From assembly GCF_006345805.1 (NCBI RefSeq), contig NC_043015.1, positions 34,162,001-34,226,000 of the forward strand: a stretch of DNA of 64,000 bases, read 5' to 3'. The notes below the pieces were generated by a model. That model was not told the DNA's origin. It worked only from the letters and a program-made list of their open reading frames with translations, and made no database searches. The DNA is from Octopus sinensis. Taxonomy: Eukaryota. Positions 28,052-40,930 of the stretch are shown here, one piece after another. Numbering within the stretch: the stretch's first letter is position 1; every line of letters begins with the position of its first letter. The position numbers and the translations under genes were made by a program.

Positions 28052-29179
28052 CATACAAACACATACATGTATATACATACACACACACACACATATATAT
28101 ATACATACACATATGTGTGTGTGTGTGTGTGTTTGATATCTTATTATCTTATCCTTATGGCTGTTGCTACTGTTTTTGTCATGGCTGACGCTGTTGTTGC
28201 TCATATTCTTCTGATTGTTATTGCTGTCGTTGCAGGTATTCTTATTCGTATTACTGCTGTTGTTGCTGTTACTACTTTTGACTTTGTCGTTATTGCAACA
28301 TTTGGTATTGTTGATGTTTGTTGTAGTTTCATGTTATCTAACTATCTATCTATCTATCTATCTATCTGTCTATCTGTCTGTCTGTCTGTCTGTCTGTCTA
28401 TTTATCTAAATATCTATCTATCTATCAATCTATCAATCTATCAATCTATCAATCTATCTATCTATGTGTGTGTGTCTGTATGTATGTATGTATGTATGTA
28501 TGTATGTATGTATGTATGTATGTATGTATGTATGTATATGAGTGTAACTCATTTAATATTATCAAAGCTTCTGAATTTATTCATAGAATTTTTTAATAAG
28601 AGAGTCGATTCCGAATAGCAATTACCAAAACTATCGACATTCTGTGACTTCTACACTCATTATCAACACTTTGTAAATTCATTCATACACTCTTCATTTG
28701 GTCGTCTGCTTTCACTGGTTTCTGCCTGGTACTCTACAAGTTATTTCGTGCTTCAACAATAGACGAAAGTCAGTAATGAAGTCTTTTTTTTTTTTTTTCG
28801 TGTTTTAAAGCTTCTGGTTATCGCGTACTCTCTTGTTATCTTTAAAGCACAGGATTTGTGCTTCGAATAAATATGGCTTCCACAATATTTCTTTAATACT
28901 GTGTGTGTCTAAGATTTAATAGATGGTTTTAACATTACTTTCAAATGCTTTGTTATCTATGGCTGAGTCTTTGTGCCAATCACTGAATCAACTTTTACGA
29001 AAAGTATTTTTCATCCGTATAGTGGCGCTGTGGCAAGCCAGTGTATTGTATAGAAAATTAACGGTATTACAATTCTCATTATCAGTCATCAAATCAATAC
29101 ATCCGTGAAAGAATTGCAATCAATAATCTATGACCCACTGAATATGCCAAGCTTTAATACAAGTAGTAATAAGTCGTAG

Positions 29180-29213
29180 AAATAATAATAATAATAATAA
29201 AATAATAATAATA

Positions 29214-29244
<31 letters not shown>

Positions 29245-29302
29245 TATTATTATTATTATTATATTATTATTATTATTATTATATTATTATTATTATTATT
29301 AT
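29180..29302. repeat. (AAT)n-(ATT)n inverted (palindromic) microsatellite
   Basis: Strand switch at taatta, ~29241-29246. Confidence 0.95.
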
Positions 29303-29303
29303 A

Positions 29304-30553
29304 GGTATTAACACTTTAGCGTCCCAGTTATAAGTTACAGCTACAATATCCTTAACTGGACACTAAATGAACTGACGAAAATAGACAGGAAAACAAGAAA
29401 AATAATGACAGGATCTAGGATGCATCACCCAAAATCTGACATAGAAAGACTATATATACAACGTATAGAAGGTGGTAGAGGCCTTATACAGCTGGAAAAC
29501 TACTATAAAATAACCACCATAGGACTGCAAAAATATCTACTTCAGAAGGAAGGAAAACTGATACAAATAGCGGCAAAACACGAGCAAAACAAAAACTGTT
29601 CTCAGTAGGGAAGCTGACAAATACAAACAAGAAATCATACCACCTAACAAATATGAAGAAGAAGATGAAGAAACAACAAAAACTATAAAACAAATGAAAT
29701 CGAAACTAAAACTAGAACAGCAACGAACCATGATAAAACGATGGCAAGAAAAGCCCCTTCATGGTAAATACTGGACTAAACTAAATGCAAAAGAAATAGA
29801 CAAAGAAAAATCCCAGCAATGGTTGAGAAGGACAGGACTCAAAGCAGAGACGGAGGGATTTTTAATTGCAGCACAAGACCAAAGCCTCCCCACCAGAAAT
29901 TACCAAAAACATGTAATGAAAAGAAATATAACAAGTAACTGCAGAATATGTGGAGATGGAGAAGAAACAATAAATCATATTATCTCTGGCTGCCCAGTCC
30001 TGGCTAAGAAGGAATATATTCACAGACATGACAGAGTTGGGACCTACATACACTGGAAGCTATGCCAACTTTATGGAATGACAACAGAAAAAAGATGGTA
30101 TAGGCACACACCAGAAAAGGTCACAGAAAACGAGAAAGCAATCATACTCTGGGATATGCCGATACACACAGATAAAGAAATTAAGGCCAACAGACCAGAT
30201 ATAGTTGTCAGAGATCATGAAGAAACAAATGCATTCTAATTGATGTATCAATACCAGCAGATGACAACGTGTCTCTAAAAGAAATGGAGAAACTCTCAAA
30301 ATACAAAGACCTGGAAATAGAGGTAACTAGAATGTGGAATCTAAAAACAGAAACAATTCCTATCATAGTAGGTGCATTAGGCATGATAAAAAAATATTTA
30401 GACAAATACATAACAAAAACACCAGGATTTACAAACACATATAACATACAGAAAATTGCACTACTAGGCACTGCACACATCCTACGCAGAACACTTTCCA
30501 TACAATAACCATCAGAGCATCACAGCAAATCACAGCACATACCCAAGGCACAC
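29304..30553 (+). mobile_element. 5'-truncated R4/Dong-like LINE: RT thumb, CCHC zinc knuckle, restriction-like endonuclease, part of 3' UTR
   Basis: MHHPKSDIERLYIQRIEGGRGL; GLKAETEGFLIAAQDQSLPTRNY; CRICGDGEETINHIISGC; RHDRV; RPDIVV; KYKDLEIEV..IVGALG..IQKIALLGTAHILRRTL*; frameshifted. Confidence 0.95.
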
Positions 30554-31146
30554 TGTTCCAAATTCCGCAGTAGGGGATCGAGTCTCAGCACGTACAGAAG
30601 AAGTGACAGTGAGCAGCCCTGATAGACCAAGCGTGCGATGCGAAATGGTTCCGATAAGTTGTGGGGTTTTTTTAACCACCAAGTAGATGCCGCTGTCATT
30701 ATAGAGATCCAGCCACTGAAACTGTTCCGAAATCGACTGCTTTCAGGATGGCTTCCAAGCGGCGGCTTCCAAAACCACACACATCTGCTCAGAACCGAGT
30801 GGCACGCGCCCGTCCCTGATGCTGGTCTTGTTGCTACGTTGAGTCTCCTCCATTCGGGCCTACCAGGCAGCTCTAGTTCCTTCGTGTTTGAGCGCACGGG
30901 CCTTAGTTCTGACAACGCAGCTTTCGTACTTCGCTCAAAGAATTGATCAAGGGCCATTCTCGCCGCTAGCACGACGGCTGCGATGCCTTTACTAATCGCC
31001 TCTTCTAGTGCTCCCTCTAATCTATTTCTTTCCATTGCTAACTCTTTGCTAAATGCTATCGATTCTGCTCTAAGCGCCCTCTTCAATGCTTCAAATGTTT
31101 GCACAACGGCAGTAATATTAGAGTAGAAGTATGTCGAGTACATCAA
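30554..31146 (-). pseudogene. L1/Tx1-like ORF2 relic with internal deletion
   Basis: ORF 30520-31146 contains LSEPFRIARLVYQGCSLSLLLYVLRLDPLLRNLE (RT QG.PLSPLL motif) and a helical EN-RT linker-like part (AESIAFSKELAMERNRLE..AARMALDQ). Confidence 0.78.
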
Positions 31147-31639
31147 CTCGATTACTTGACTGGAACTTTATTTTATCGGTCCCGAAGACTGAAAGCACAG
31201 TCGGCGGGACTTGAAATCAGTATGCGAAGAGCCGGGGAAATATCGCAATGCATTCTGTCTGATGCTACTGCTACAAAGATAAGGAAACATTGCAAGGATA
31301 AATTACAAAATTTAACGCCATTCCATTAGAAGAGGAATATGGTATAAGAGAACACACGACCGACTTTTGAATATCGACGGCCTCGGGTCATCAGCAGCAG
31401 ATGATAAATACTTGCAGAGTGTGTACACAATTACTATAAGCATTCATTGAAATTAATATTTGAAAAACGCATCGGGACAATTTTTGAGAAAATAAAATTA
31501 TTTAAGAATTCTTAAATCATGTTACATAAAGACAAGGATAAGATTAATGCAAAGGCATTACGCAGAAATAAAAGTAAAGGTTAAGAAGAAAAATTTTAGT
31601 AGCATTAGATTAATATCTAAATGTAAAAATTACGATAAT

Positions 31640-32420
31640 CGGATCCAATACTTTGGCTGTCCCAGAAATAAGCTATGATTATGATATCAACGGGATACTA
31701 AACTGACTTGTAACACTAGAAGGAAAAACAAGCAGAATTATGATTGGGCTTTGAATACAGCATCCACAAATTATAGGGAGATATATTATACAATATTCAC
31801 TGCAGGAAAAAGTTTAGAAATGAATAATAGAAAACTAATACAAAAAAAAACTATAAAACAGGTACAAAAGTATTTTCTATATTCAAAGAAGCCAACAGAA
31901 ACAAAAGAGAGGCGAAAGGGATTGACGGCTGTGAAGAGAATTGAGCATTATCAACAGAAATTGTAAAGAAGAAATTCTTAAAAACCTAAGATAAAAATGG
32001 GACTTCGGAATGCCAGGCGAAAATAATGGCAAATCATAGCTCTTATATGATCAATGCCTCATTTCGCTGAACTGAGTGGAAGTAGACAAGGAAAATTTGC
32101 AAACCTGGGAAATGAAGATTTCGATATTAATGCAGAAGGAAACTTTCTTCTTTTTTTTTTACGTACAGAATTAAAACCTTATCATCTGAAATCAACAAAA
32201 ATATGCAATGAAGCAGAATACAGTAACTGCAGAATGTGTGAAAGTGGGGAAAAAAAGCATTAACTTCATTTTCCCTGATTGCCCAGTTTTAGTCCAGAAA
32301 GAATACATCTTCAGGTATTTCGGATGAGGAATATTCATTTACTGGAAGTTATGCCAGCATTTTGAATTTGTCAACAAAATAGAGCGGTTAATGAATTCAA
32401 GAGGACATACTTCAGAGAAT
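31640..32420 (+). pseudogene. Old, highly degraded R4/Dong-like LINE fragment
   Basis: cagtaactgcagaatgtgtgaaagtgggg..tgcccagttttagtccagaaagaatacat..tactggaagttatgcca aligns to 29935-30065 (NCR.C..GE...CPVL..KEYI..YWKLCQ). Confidence 0.6.
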
Positions 32421-32970
32421 GCTAAAGTACAGACCTTTGTTTAACAGAAAGTGCCAAAAAGATTGGTGGGATCAAGATCTGGTTTTAATTCTATATGGAT
32501 GACAAAAAAAAAAAAACTTTATTCCAATTCAGAGAAATCGCCAGAAAATATTTGGTAAATTGTAGAGCTTTATAAGTTTTATATGAATATGGAGCATAGT
32601 GCTGAACATATGACAGTTGCATTCAGCCAAGGTAAACTGGCCAAACAACAGCAATCAATGATTAAATAAGAGAATGAAGAACGAAATATCTGGAGATTGA
32701 GAGTGAAAAACTAGGATAATGTATTGATATAAAGAGTTAATCCGAAAGGTTTGTATTAGTATAGGATAATCTCAAACATTAAACTAAACATAAGACACAA
32801 AATGGAAGAAATAAATAACGTCGTTGTCTCGGCTGGAAACTTTAAGCATCTCCGGGTTACGAGAACAACACAAAGTCGAGAGAAAAACAAGACAACTACT
32901 AAATTTCAGTCTACATTAATCAGAAGCTCTCGCTCTCTCTATCTTTTCCTTCCCCTGTCTGTCTGTCTCC

Positions 32971-33050
<80 letters not shown>

Positions 33051-33592
33051 ACATTTATGTTCAGTCATAATGAAGGAAGCGGTCTTCGAAGATCAGAGGG
33101 AATGAAGACTTACTTCCAGAAAAAGCCAGACATATTGGTATCAACTGAAAATCTTGACGAAACCAAAATGTCGCATTCACAGACAATTATAGAAATAGTT
33201 ACTGTAACTACACATTCTTAGCATTAAACATACACCATACACTTAACCTTACGCACACATGCACACACACACAAAGGACACACATTTACATATGAAAACC
33301 ATGTGCCAAAGACACATATCCAATACAAGTCATACACATACATACATACATACATACATACATACATACATACACACATACTATCATCCTCTACTCGCTC
33401 GCTCCAACTGATTGAAAACAGTGAGATCTCCCTCAAATCACAACCTTCCGACATAAAAAAGAAAAGACTTGATAAAATAATGTAAACCAACAAACACTGT
33501 TATTTGAATTTCCAAAAGAATTGTGGCAAGGATTAGTTTTCTCTACAATCTGAGAATACATTTTGAAAGGGTTCGCGGGGACTACCGCTTCG

Positions 33593-33700
33593 TTAACTCC
33601 GTCAAGGAAGGAAGTTATGCTTTCATCGGCGTTCGTTTGTCCGTCTGTGCGCAAAATAACACAAAAAGTTGTGAACGGTAATTGATGAAACTTACAGAAA
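33593..33700 (+). mobile_element. Helentron/DINE-1-like non-autonomous element, 5' part
   Basis: ttaactccgtcaaggaaggaagttatgctttcatcggcgttcgtttgtccgtctgtgcgcaaaataacacaaaaagtt resembles a widespread ...cctccgccaaggaggttatg...gtttgtctgt...ataactcaaaaagtt repeat (recalled, not searched). Confidence 0.45.
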
Positions 33701-33721
33701 GTATATATATATATATATATA

Positions 33722-33885
33722 TACGACTGTCTTCTTTCAGTTTCCGTCTACCAAATCCACTCACAAGGTTTTGGTGGGCCCGAGGCTATAGTAGAAGACA
33801 CTTGCCCGAGGTGCCACACAGTGGGACTGAACCCGGGGCCATGTGGTTGGGAAGCAAGCTTCTTACCACACGGCCACTCCTGCGC
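33722..33885 (-). mobile_element. SINE family A, 5' half
   Basis: cttctttcagtttccgtctaccaaatccactcacaagg...cttaccacacggccactcctgcgc. Confidence 0.9.
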
Positions 33886-34159
33886 ATATTGTTTTATTTC
33901 TCTATTTTTTATATTTTTATATTATTGCTGTTACTGTTGCTGACGTTGTTGTTGTTGAACTTGCAGCTGCTGTTACTATTTTCTCAATTAAAATAATTAA
34001 ATTAGTTATAAGTCATGTCAACGATTTTAATGAGAAGCATGTCTTAGTATGAAATAGGCAGATGAATATAGAATACGTGTGTAGAAAGAAATAGGTCGTA
34101 TGTGAGTAGCGGAAGGGAAGCTGGAGAACAATCACGATCACACCAACTGGAGTCGTTGG

Positions 34160-35030
34160 CTACATACATACATACATACATACAATACATACATACATAC
34201 ATACTTACATACATACATACATGCACCCATGCATACATACACACACACATACATACATACATACATACATACATAACATACATACATATATACATACATA
34301 CATACATACATTCTTACATACATACATATATACATACATACATACATACATACATACATACATACATTCTTACATACATACATATATACATACATACTAC
34401 ATACATACACACATACATACATACATACATACATAACATACATACATATATAATACATACATACATACATACATTTACATACATACATACATACAACATA
34501 CATACATAACATACATACAACATACATACATATACATACATACATTCTTACATACATACATATATACATACATACATACATACATACATACATCATACAT
34601 ACATACATACATACATACATACATAATACACACACACACACATACATACATACATTACATACATACATAACATACATACATATATACATACATACATACA
34701 TACATACATTCTACATACATACATACATACATACATACATACTACATACATACATCATACATACATACATTCTTACATACATACATTACATACATACATA
34801 CATTACATACATTACATACATACATACATTCATACTCATACATACATAACATACATACATACATTACATACATACATTCTTACATACATACATATATACA
34901 TACATACATACATACATACATACATACATACATTACATACATACATAATACATACATACATACATACATACATACATACACACACACAACATACATACAT
35001 ACATACTACATACATACATACATATATACA

Positions 35031-35064
<34 letters not shown>

Positions 35065-35135
35065 CATACATACATATATACATACATACATACATACAAC
35101 ACACATACATACACACATACATACATACATACATT
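34160..35135. repeat. ~1-kb (CATA)n array with recurring variant units
   Basis: Directly visible. Confidence 0.98.
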
Positions 35136-35408
35136 TATATGTATGTGTGTGTGTATATGGGTGTGTGTATATTTGAATGTATGTATATTTTCTTTTTTTA
35201 AATTAAAGGAAGGAGCTGGTTTCTAGCAAAGATTCAAAGCTCTGACACTTGCTGCACTTGAATGCATATGTGTGTGTGTGTGCGTGTGTGTAGGTGTGTG
35301 TGTCTAGACATACACACACACACACATATATATAAACAATTGTCATCTTAAAAGGTATTTTTATTATACTGGCCATCTTATTTTTATATTGGAAGTGTGT
35401 GTGTGTGT

Positions 35409-35462
<54 letters not shown>

Positions 35463-35476
35463 TATTATATATATAT

Positions 35477-35590
<114 letters not shown>

Positions 35591-35601
35591 TATATATATA
35601 T

Positions 35602-35766
35602 GGGCGTAGGAGTTGCTGTGTGGTAAGAAGCTTGTTTCCCGTCCGCATGGTTCTTGGTATAGTCCCACTGCGTGGCACATTGCGTAAGTGCTTTCTACCA
35701 TAGCTTCAAGCCGATCAAAGCCTTGTGGGTGAATTTGGTAAACGGAAGCTGAAAGAACCCCGTCGT
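35602..35766 (+). mobile_element. SINE family A, 5' half
   Basis: ggcgtaggagttgctgtgtggtaagaagc...gctgaaagaacccgtcg. Confidence 0.88.
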
Positions 35767-35857
35767 ATATATATATATACTTTGATACTTTGATACTTTG
35801 ATAGGTTTCGGCCATTATTGGCCCAGGCCATGTCTAACTTAATAGCACCACCTGGTG

Positions 35858-35923
<66 letters not shown>

Positions 35924-35958
35924 GCAAAACGTTGCATGGAGCTGAATCAACTGTTTTA

Positions 35959-36026
<68 letters not shown>

Positions 36027-36030
<4 letters not shown>

Positions 36031-36332
36031 AATACAAAGACCTAGAAATAGAGGTAACCAGAATGTGGAATCTAAAAACAGAAACAATTCCTATCATAGT
36101 AGGTGCATTAGGCATGATAAAAAAATATTCAGACAAATACATAGCAAAAACACCAGACTTACAAACACATATAACATACAGAAAATTGCACTACTAGGCA
36201 CTGCACACATCCTACGCAGAACACTTTCCATACAATAACCATCAGAGCATCACAACAAATCACAGCACATACCCAAGGCACACAGACCTGCGCTCGGTAG
36301 TGAAGTGAAAGCACACTATAAAAATAAAACTA

Positions 36333-36335
<3 letters not shown>
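36027..36335 (+). mobile_element. R4/Dong-like LINE 3' end (RLE C-terminus plus 3' UTR) embedded in (AAT)n
   Basis: Near-identical to 30298-30553; (AAT)n on both sides (35960-36026 and 36336-36404). Confidence 0.95.
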
Positions 36336-36409
<74 letters not shown>

Positions 36410-36439
36410 GAGAGTACCTGCGGTGAGGGAGGAAAAATC

Positions 36440-36612
36440 TTTGGCTGCAAAGCTGAATACCAGGACTACAGTACGCAACTGGTACATATTTTATCGAACC
36501 CGAAAGGATGGACGGCAAAGTTCACCGCGGCGGAATTTGAACTCAGAACGTGGAGAGAGACAAAATACCGCTAAACATTTCGTCCGGCGTGATAACGATT
36601 CTGCCAGCTCGC
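36440..36612 (-). mobile_element. tRNA-derived SINE family B
   Basis: gcggaatttgaactcagaacg..aaataccgctaaacatttcgtccggcgtgataacgattctgccagctcgcc; B-box GTTCAAATTCC on minus strand. Confidence 0.88.
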
Positions 36613-36653
36613 CATCTCAATAATAAAATGAATAAATAAATAAATAGATAATG

Positions 36654-36685
<32 letters not shown>

Positions 36686-36866
36686 TACTACCCATGTAGT
36701 AATAGTTTTTTAACTTTGAAAAAAAAAATGAACGAACTATTGAGTTTAGTTTAATGGCCTACCAATGTATACTAGGAGTTTCTTTGCCCTAGGAGTCGGG
36801 AGGACACTCGGCAAGAAATGGAAGCAAATATCAAAGAAGAAGATAATAATAATAATAATAATAATA

Positions 36867-36904
<38 letters not shown>

Positions 36905-37299
36905 TATTATGGGGATGGGTGTGTGCATATATAAAGACACAGGTATTTGTGTGGGTGTGTAATAAAATGAAAATATAGAAAAATGATGATATTCGTGATG
37001 TGGATGAAACTAGGAAAATGATAAATATAAAATATGTGTATATATTTGGAAACGATGTTTATTTGTTGTTTTATAGATGAGATTGTGTTGAACTCCTACT
37101 CAAAGTGTGACAACAGTATCATCCAGACACTGCTTCAGAGAATAAGAGCGCAGTTCACTTCAAATGACGAAGTCGAATTGATATATCAATATACGTTTGT
37201 ATAAAGAACTAAAGAGATTTAAACATATACGCGTGTGATTAAATGTGTGTAGGTGTACCTGTATGTATTGTGAATACATATGGAAGTTGTCTGTTTGTG

Positions 37300-37800
37300 C
37301 ATATGTGTGTTTCCCAATCGCACGGTTCTGGGTTCAGTCCCACTGCGTGCCACCTTGTGCATGTGTCTTCTGGTATAGTGAGAATTTACAAAAAAAAAAA
37401 TAAATAAATAAAAGACGAAGACGGGTGTGTAAACAACAAACAGATGTATTAGTTTAACGCTCGGGAAGTGAGGAAGTCTTTTACATTTCGAGCCTACGCT
37501 CTTCGACAGAAAGGAGCACAGAAATAAGCAGGGAGAGAAAATAAAAAAGGTTTAGAGGCTAGCGATCTATCATGTCTTCTAGTATAGCCTCGGGTCAACT
37601 AAAGCCTTGAGTGTATTTGGTATATAGAAACTGAAAGAAGCTCGTCGTATATGTACGTGTGTTGTGTGTGTTTGTATTTGTGTTTGTATCCCCATTACTG
37701 CTTGACGATCGGTGTTGGTCTGTTTACATCCCCGTAACTTAGTAGTTTGGCAAAAGAGACCGATAGAATAAGTACTAGGCTTTAAAAAAGTCCTGGAGTC
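37300..37800 (+). mobile_element. SINE family A interrupted by a 194-bp insert (37379-37572)
   Basis: Head at 37300-37378 resumes at 37573; 15-bp duplication tgtcttct(g/a)gtatag flanks the insert. Confidence 0.85.
37478..37513 (-). ncRNA. Minimal type-I hammerhead-like motif (A6 to U variant)
   Basis: CUUU-CUGUCGA-A-GAGC(GUAG)GCUC-GAAA-UGUA-AAAG; 4-bp stem I, 4-bp stem II. Confidence 0.5.
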
Positions 37801-38056
37801 TTTACACACACACACACACACCACACACACACACACATACGTACACACAACGAAATTTTTCATTATATATTGGAAGAAAAAAGCAAAATATGTTGTATAG
37901 AAATTTGTTATTCTAAATTCAATTTATTCTTTAATTGGGAAATCGCTTCTGAATTCATAATATAAACTAATAATAATAATAATAATAATTAACGAAAATA
38001 CAAAATTTACCACTTTTATGAAAGGAGATAAGGTCTACCTCATATGTTGAAGGAAA

Positions 38057-38420
38057 TTACATAAGAGCTTCTGGGTAAAGAACATTCTTTGTTTTCTGGT
38101 TTGGAGCAAAGACAAATAAGTCTTGCAAACTACCTATCTTGGGACAACTAACATAAAGTTGGCTGAGAAAAGACATTCCGAAGCAAAGTCGCACCGGGAA
38201 TTTGTGTTCGTTTGAACTCAAATGGTTTGATTGGAATTCTTGGAATGAAAGCCTCTTCCCCAAAGGCACATTCAGTGATGATGATAGCTTCCGTCACATT
38301 AGGTGATAATGTCTTCACAATCATTCTTGTCCCCTTGCATAATTTAGGAGGATTTAAATTTCTTAGAAGCATTATTGGGACTACAGCATAACTCTCTCTG
38401 AGAGATTTAGAAACGCACTG
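38057..38420 (-). pseudogene. Helitron Pif1-type helicase C-terminal fragment
   Basis: PIMLLRNLNPPKLCKGTRMIVKTLSPNVTEAII..FIPRIP..FEFKR.. / FPVRLCFGMS..QLYVSC..KTKNVLYPEAL*; frameshift and internal deletion. Confidence 0.9.
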
Positions 38421-38424
38421 ATTT

Positions 38425-38735
38425 GTAGTAACGCACTGGAGTCTATATAATCGACTTAATCCGTTTGTCTGTCCTTGTTTGTCCCCTCTGTGTTTAGCCC
38501 CTTGTGGGTAGTAAAGAAATAGGTATTTCGTCTGCCGTTACGTTCTGAGTTCAAATTCCGCCGAGGTCGACTTTGCCTTTCATTCTTTCGGGGTCGATAA
38601 ATTAAGTACCAGTTACGCACTGGGGTCGATAAATTAAGTACCAGTTACGCACTGGGGTCGATATAATTGACTTAATCCGTTTGTCTGTCCTTGTTTGTCC
38701 CCTCTGTGTTTAGCCCCTTGTGGTCAGTAAAGAAA
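38425..38735 (+). mobile_element. SINE family B head-to-tail tandem (tail-body-tail) with internal 32-bp duplication
   Basis: Tail 38444-38518 repeated at 38662-38735; ggggtcgataaattaagtaccagttacgcact at 38590-38621 and 38622-38653. Confidence 0.9.
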
Positions 38736-40665
38736 ACCGTAAGGTAGTTTGCCATGTATCAATACTTACAAGCATGTGAACTGTGCAATATATATTCTTA
38801 CCAAAAACTGTAGTTATATGTTATGGATATACTTATCAAACATGTGTAGTGCTGTGTATGTTCCTATCAAGTAATGCCGTATAATGTTATATATTTATCT
38901 GTCAAACAATGTAGTAGGCAGTCTTTGTGTTGTGCTATGTATGTTCCTATCAAACGACGTTGATGCTTACTGCTCAAAATGAATGACTGCCTTCATACAT
39001 ATGATTGTATCACTATGAATGAGATAGGATCTAAGCTGCTGTCCTCGCGTGTGTTCCTATTGCTGTGAAGTAGGTTTGTTCACTATCTTATACAATCAAC
39101 TCTGAAAATGAAGTTTCAATGTGTCGATATTATCTCCACGCAAATCCCTTATATTCGAGGTATTTAAGAGCTTCTGCTGTTAAACTTTGGATTTATGGTA
39201 ATATATCATTCTAACTCGGATGAGAGACCAAATTTTAGCTGTTATTGCTGATGGTAGTTTAATCATATCTACCTTAACCGAGTAGACATGTGGTCAGTAG
39301 CCATTCCAGATGTGACCATCTAGCTCTTTTCAAACATTTCGCAAAATTATGCAATATGCCCTTCCTTTTTAAGACAATAGTGTTTTCAGAAAAAATTGCA
39401 GTAAGTCAAATGACCGCGTACAAGGATCCTTCTATGCTTCCTTGACCTGCCGTAGGACCTAGTTTGGATATTTACGCAGAGTTTAGTGCCACAATTTACG
39501 ACGTTCCTTCAAATATTTTCGAGATATAAATTACTTCATACTTTCCCCCACTTACCTCTCCACTTCCTAAAGGCTTGCAGATAAGCATTCTATTAAATAT
39601 AATCAATAATGGCTTTTTTTCTTCGTGTATGCAGCCATTATAATAACTAATAAATATCGACATTTTCATAAACACAGACAATACATTTCTTATAAGCTAA
39701 ATCACTGTGATATATCTCGGCATATTTGTTATATCACAAAGCCACTGCGTATTTTATTGTCATAGCATGAAACCGACATCTCGTAATTAGAACAGAAACA
39801 CAACGAAGACCTTTTGTGGCAAAACCATTGTCAAATCACAGAAAAACAACGTATTGATCTCATTTTTATAAGCATGCATGCGTGCGTGCGCGTGTCTATA
39901 TATGCGCGCGCACACACATAGACGGGGACACGAATATGCATAGATATACATTCATTATATCTATGGACATATATGTATATATATATATATATATATATAC
40001 ACATACATATATATGTATATATATATATATTTGTGTATATGTATATATGTGTATGTTTGTATGTACATGTATGTTTACATAATACACACATATATATATA
40101 TATATATATATATGTACGTATACATAGATACACACACACAAACACACATTTCTATATTGATGTATTGATAGTTTTTCTTGATTTTTGTTATTCTTCGCTT
40201 AAGCCGTTGGTCAATACCAGCCATTCAAGTTGTCATGAACAGGGTCTGCCTTTCAAAGCCTCACTTTCGATTTTCTTTAGCTTTTTATAATGTTTTCTTT
40301 TTCTTTTTCTTTTCTTTATTTTTTTTTACTATTTTTCTGCCTTCGACCCTAATATTTACGACTATTGATAATTTATTTAAGGAACAATGTAAAATGTTTT
40401 AGGAGAGAGGATAAGTAGGATATAATATCTCCCACTATATTACCCAGAGAGATTGATTAATATCTTATAACCTCTCCCGCCTTCTCTATCCCCTCGAGGA
40501 CAGAAATAGAGCCAAATAGGCCGGTACTATTTGAACTGAAAAGAAGGTTTCACAAACCGATTGATATGATGTATTATTACCGGACCCAATGAAAATAACA
40601 AAAGCGACAGAAAGAAAAACGACCAGAATAACAACACGCTACTCTTCCTCCTCCTCCTCCTCCTC

Positions 40666-40701
<36 letters not shown>

Positions 40702-40930
40702 TTACTACTACTTCTACTACTACTACTACTACTGATGATGATGATGATGACAACGACGACGACACGACGACTAGAATGATGATGATACGATGATGATGAA
40801 ATTGATGATGAAACGGATGATGATGAAGATAACAATAAGTAATTTCTTTCTAGGCCACAAGCGACATAAATACGATACCAAACGTACTAAAGACAGGAGA
40901 CTACAAAGTATGCCTGGTGTATAAACACGG

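Noticed and set aside
27842-28618. 258-aa ORF with a hydrophobic, membrane-like stretch
   Set aside because: Built from (TATC)n, (TA)n and decayed (GTT/GCT)n repeats
40640-40835. Poly-Ser/poly-Val ORFs
   Set aside because: Compound (CCT)(ACT)(GAT) trinucleotide microsatellite
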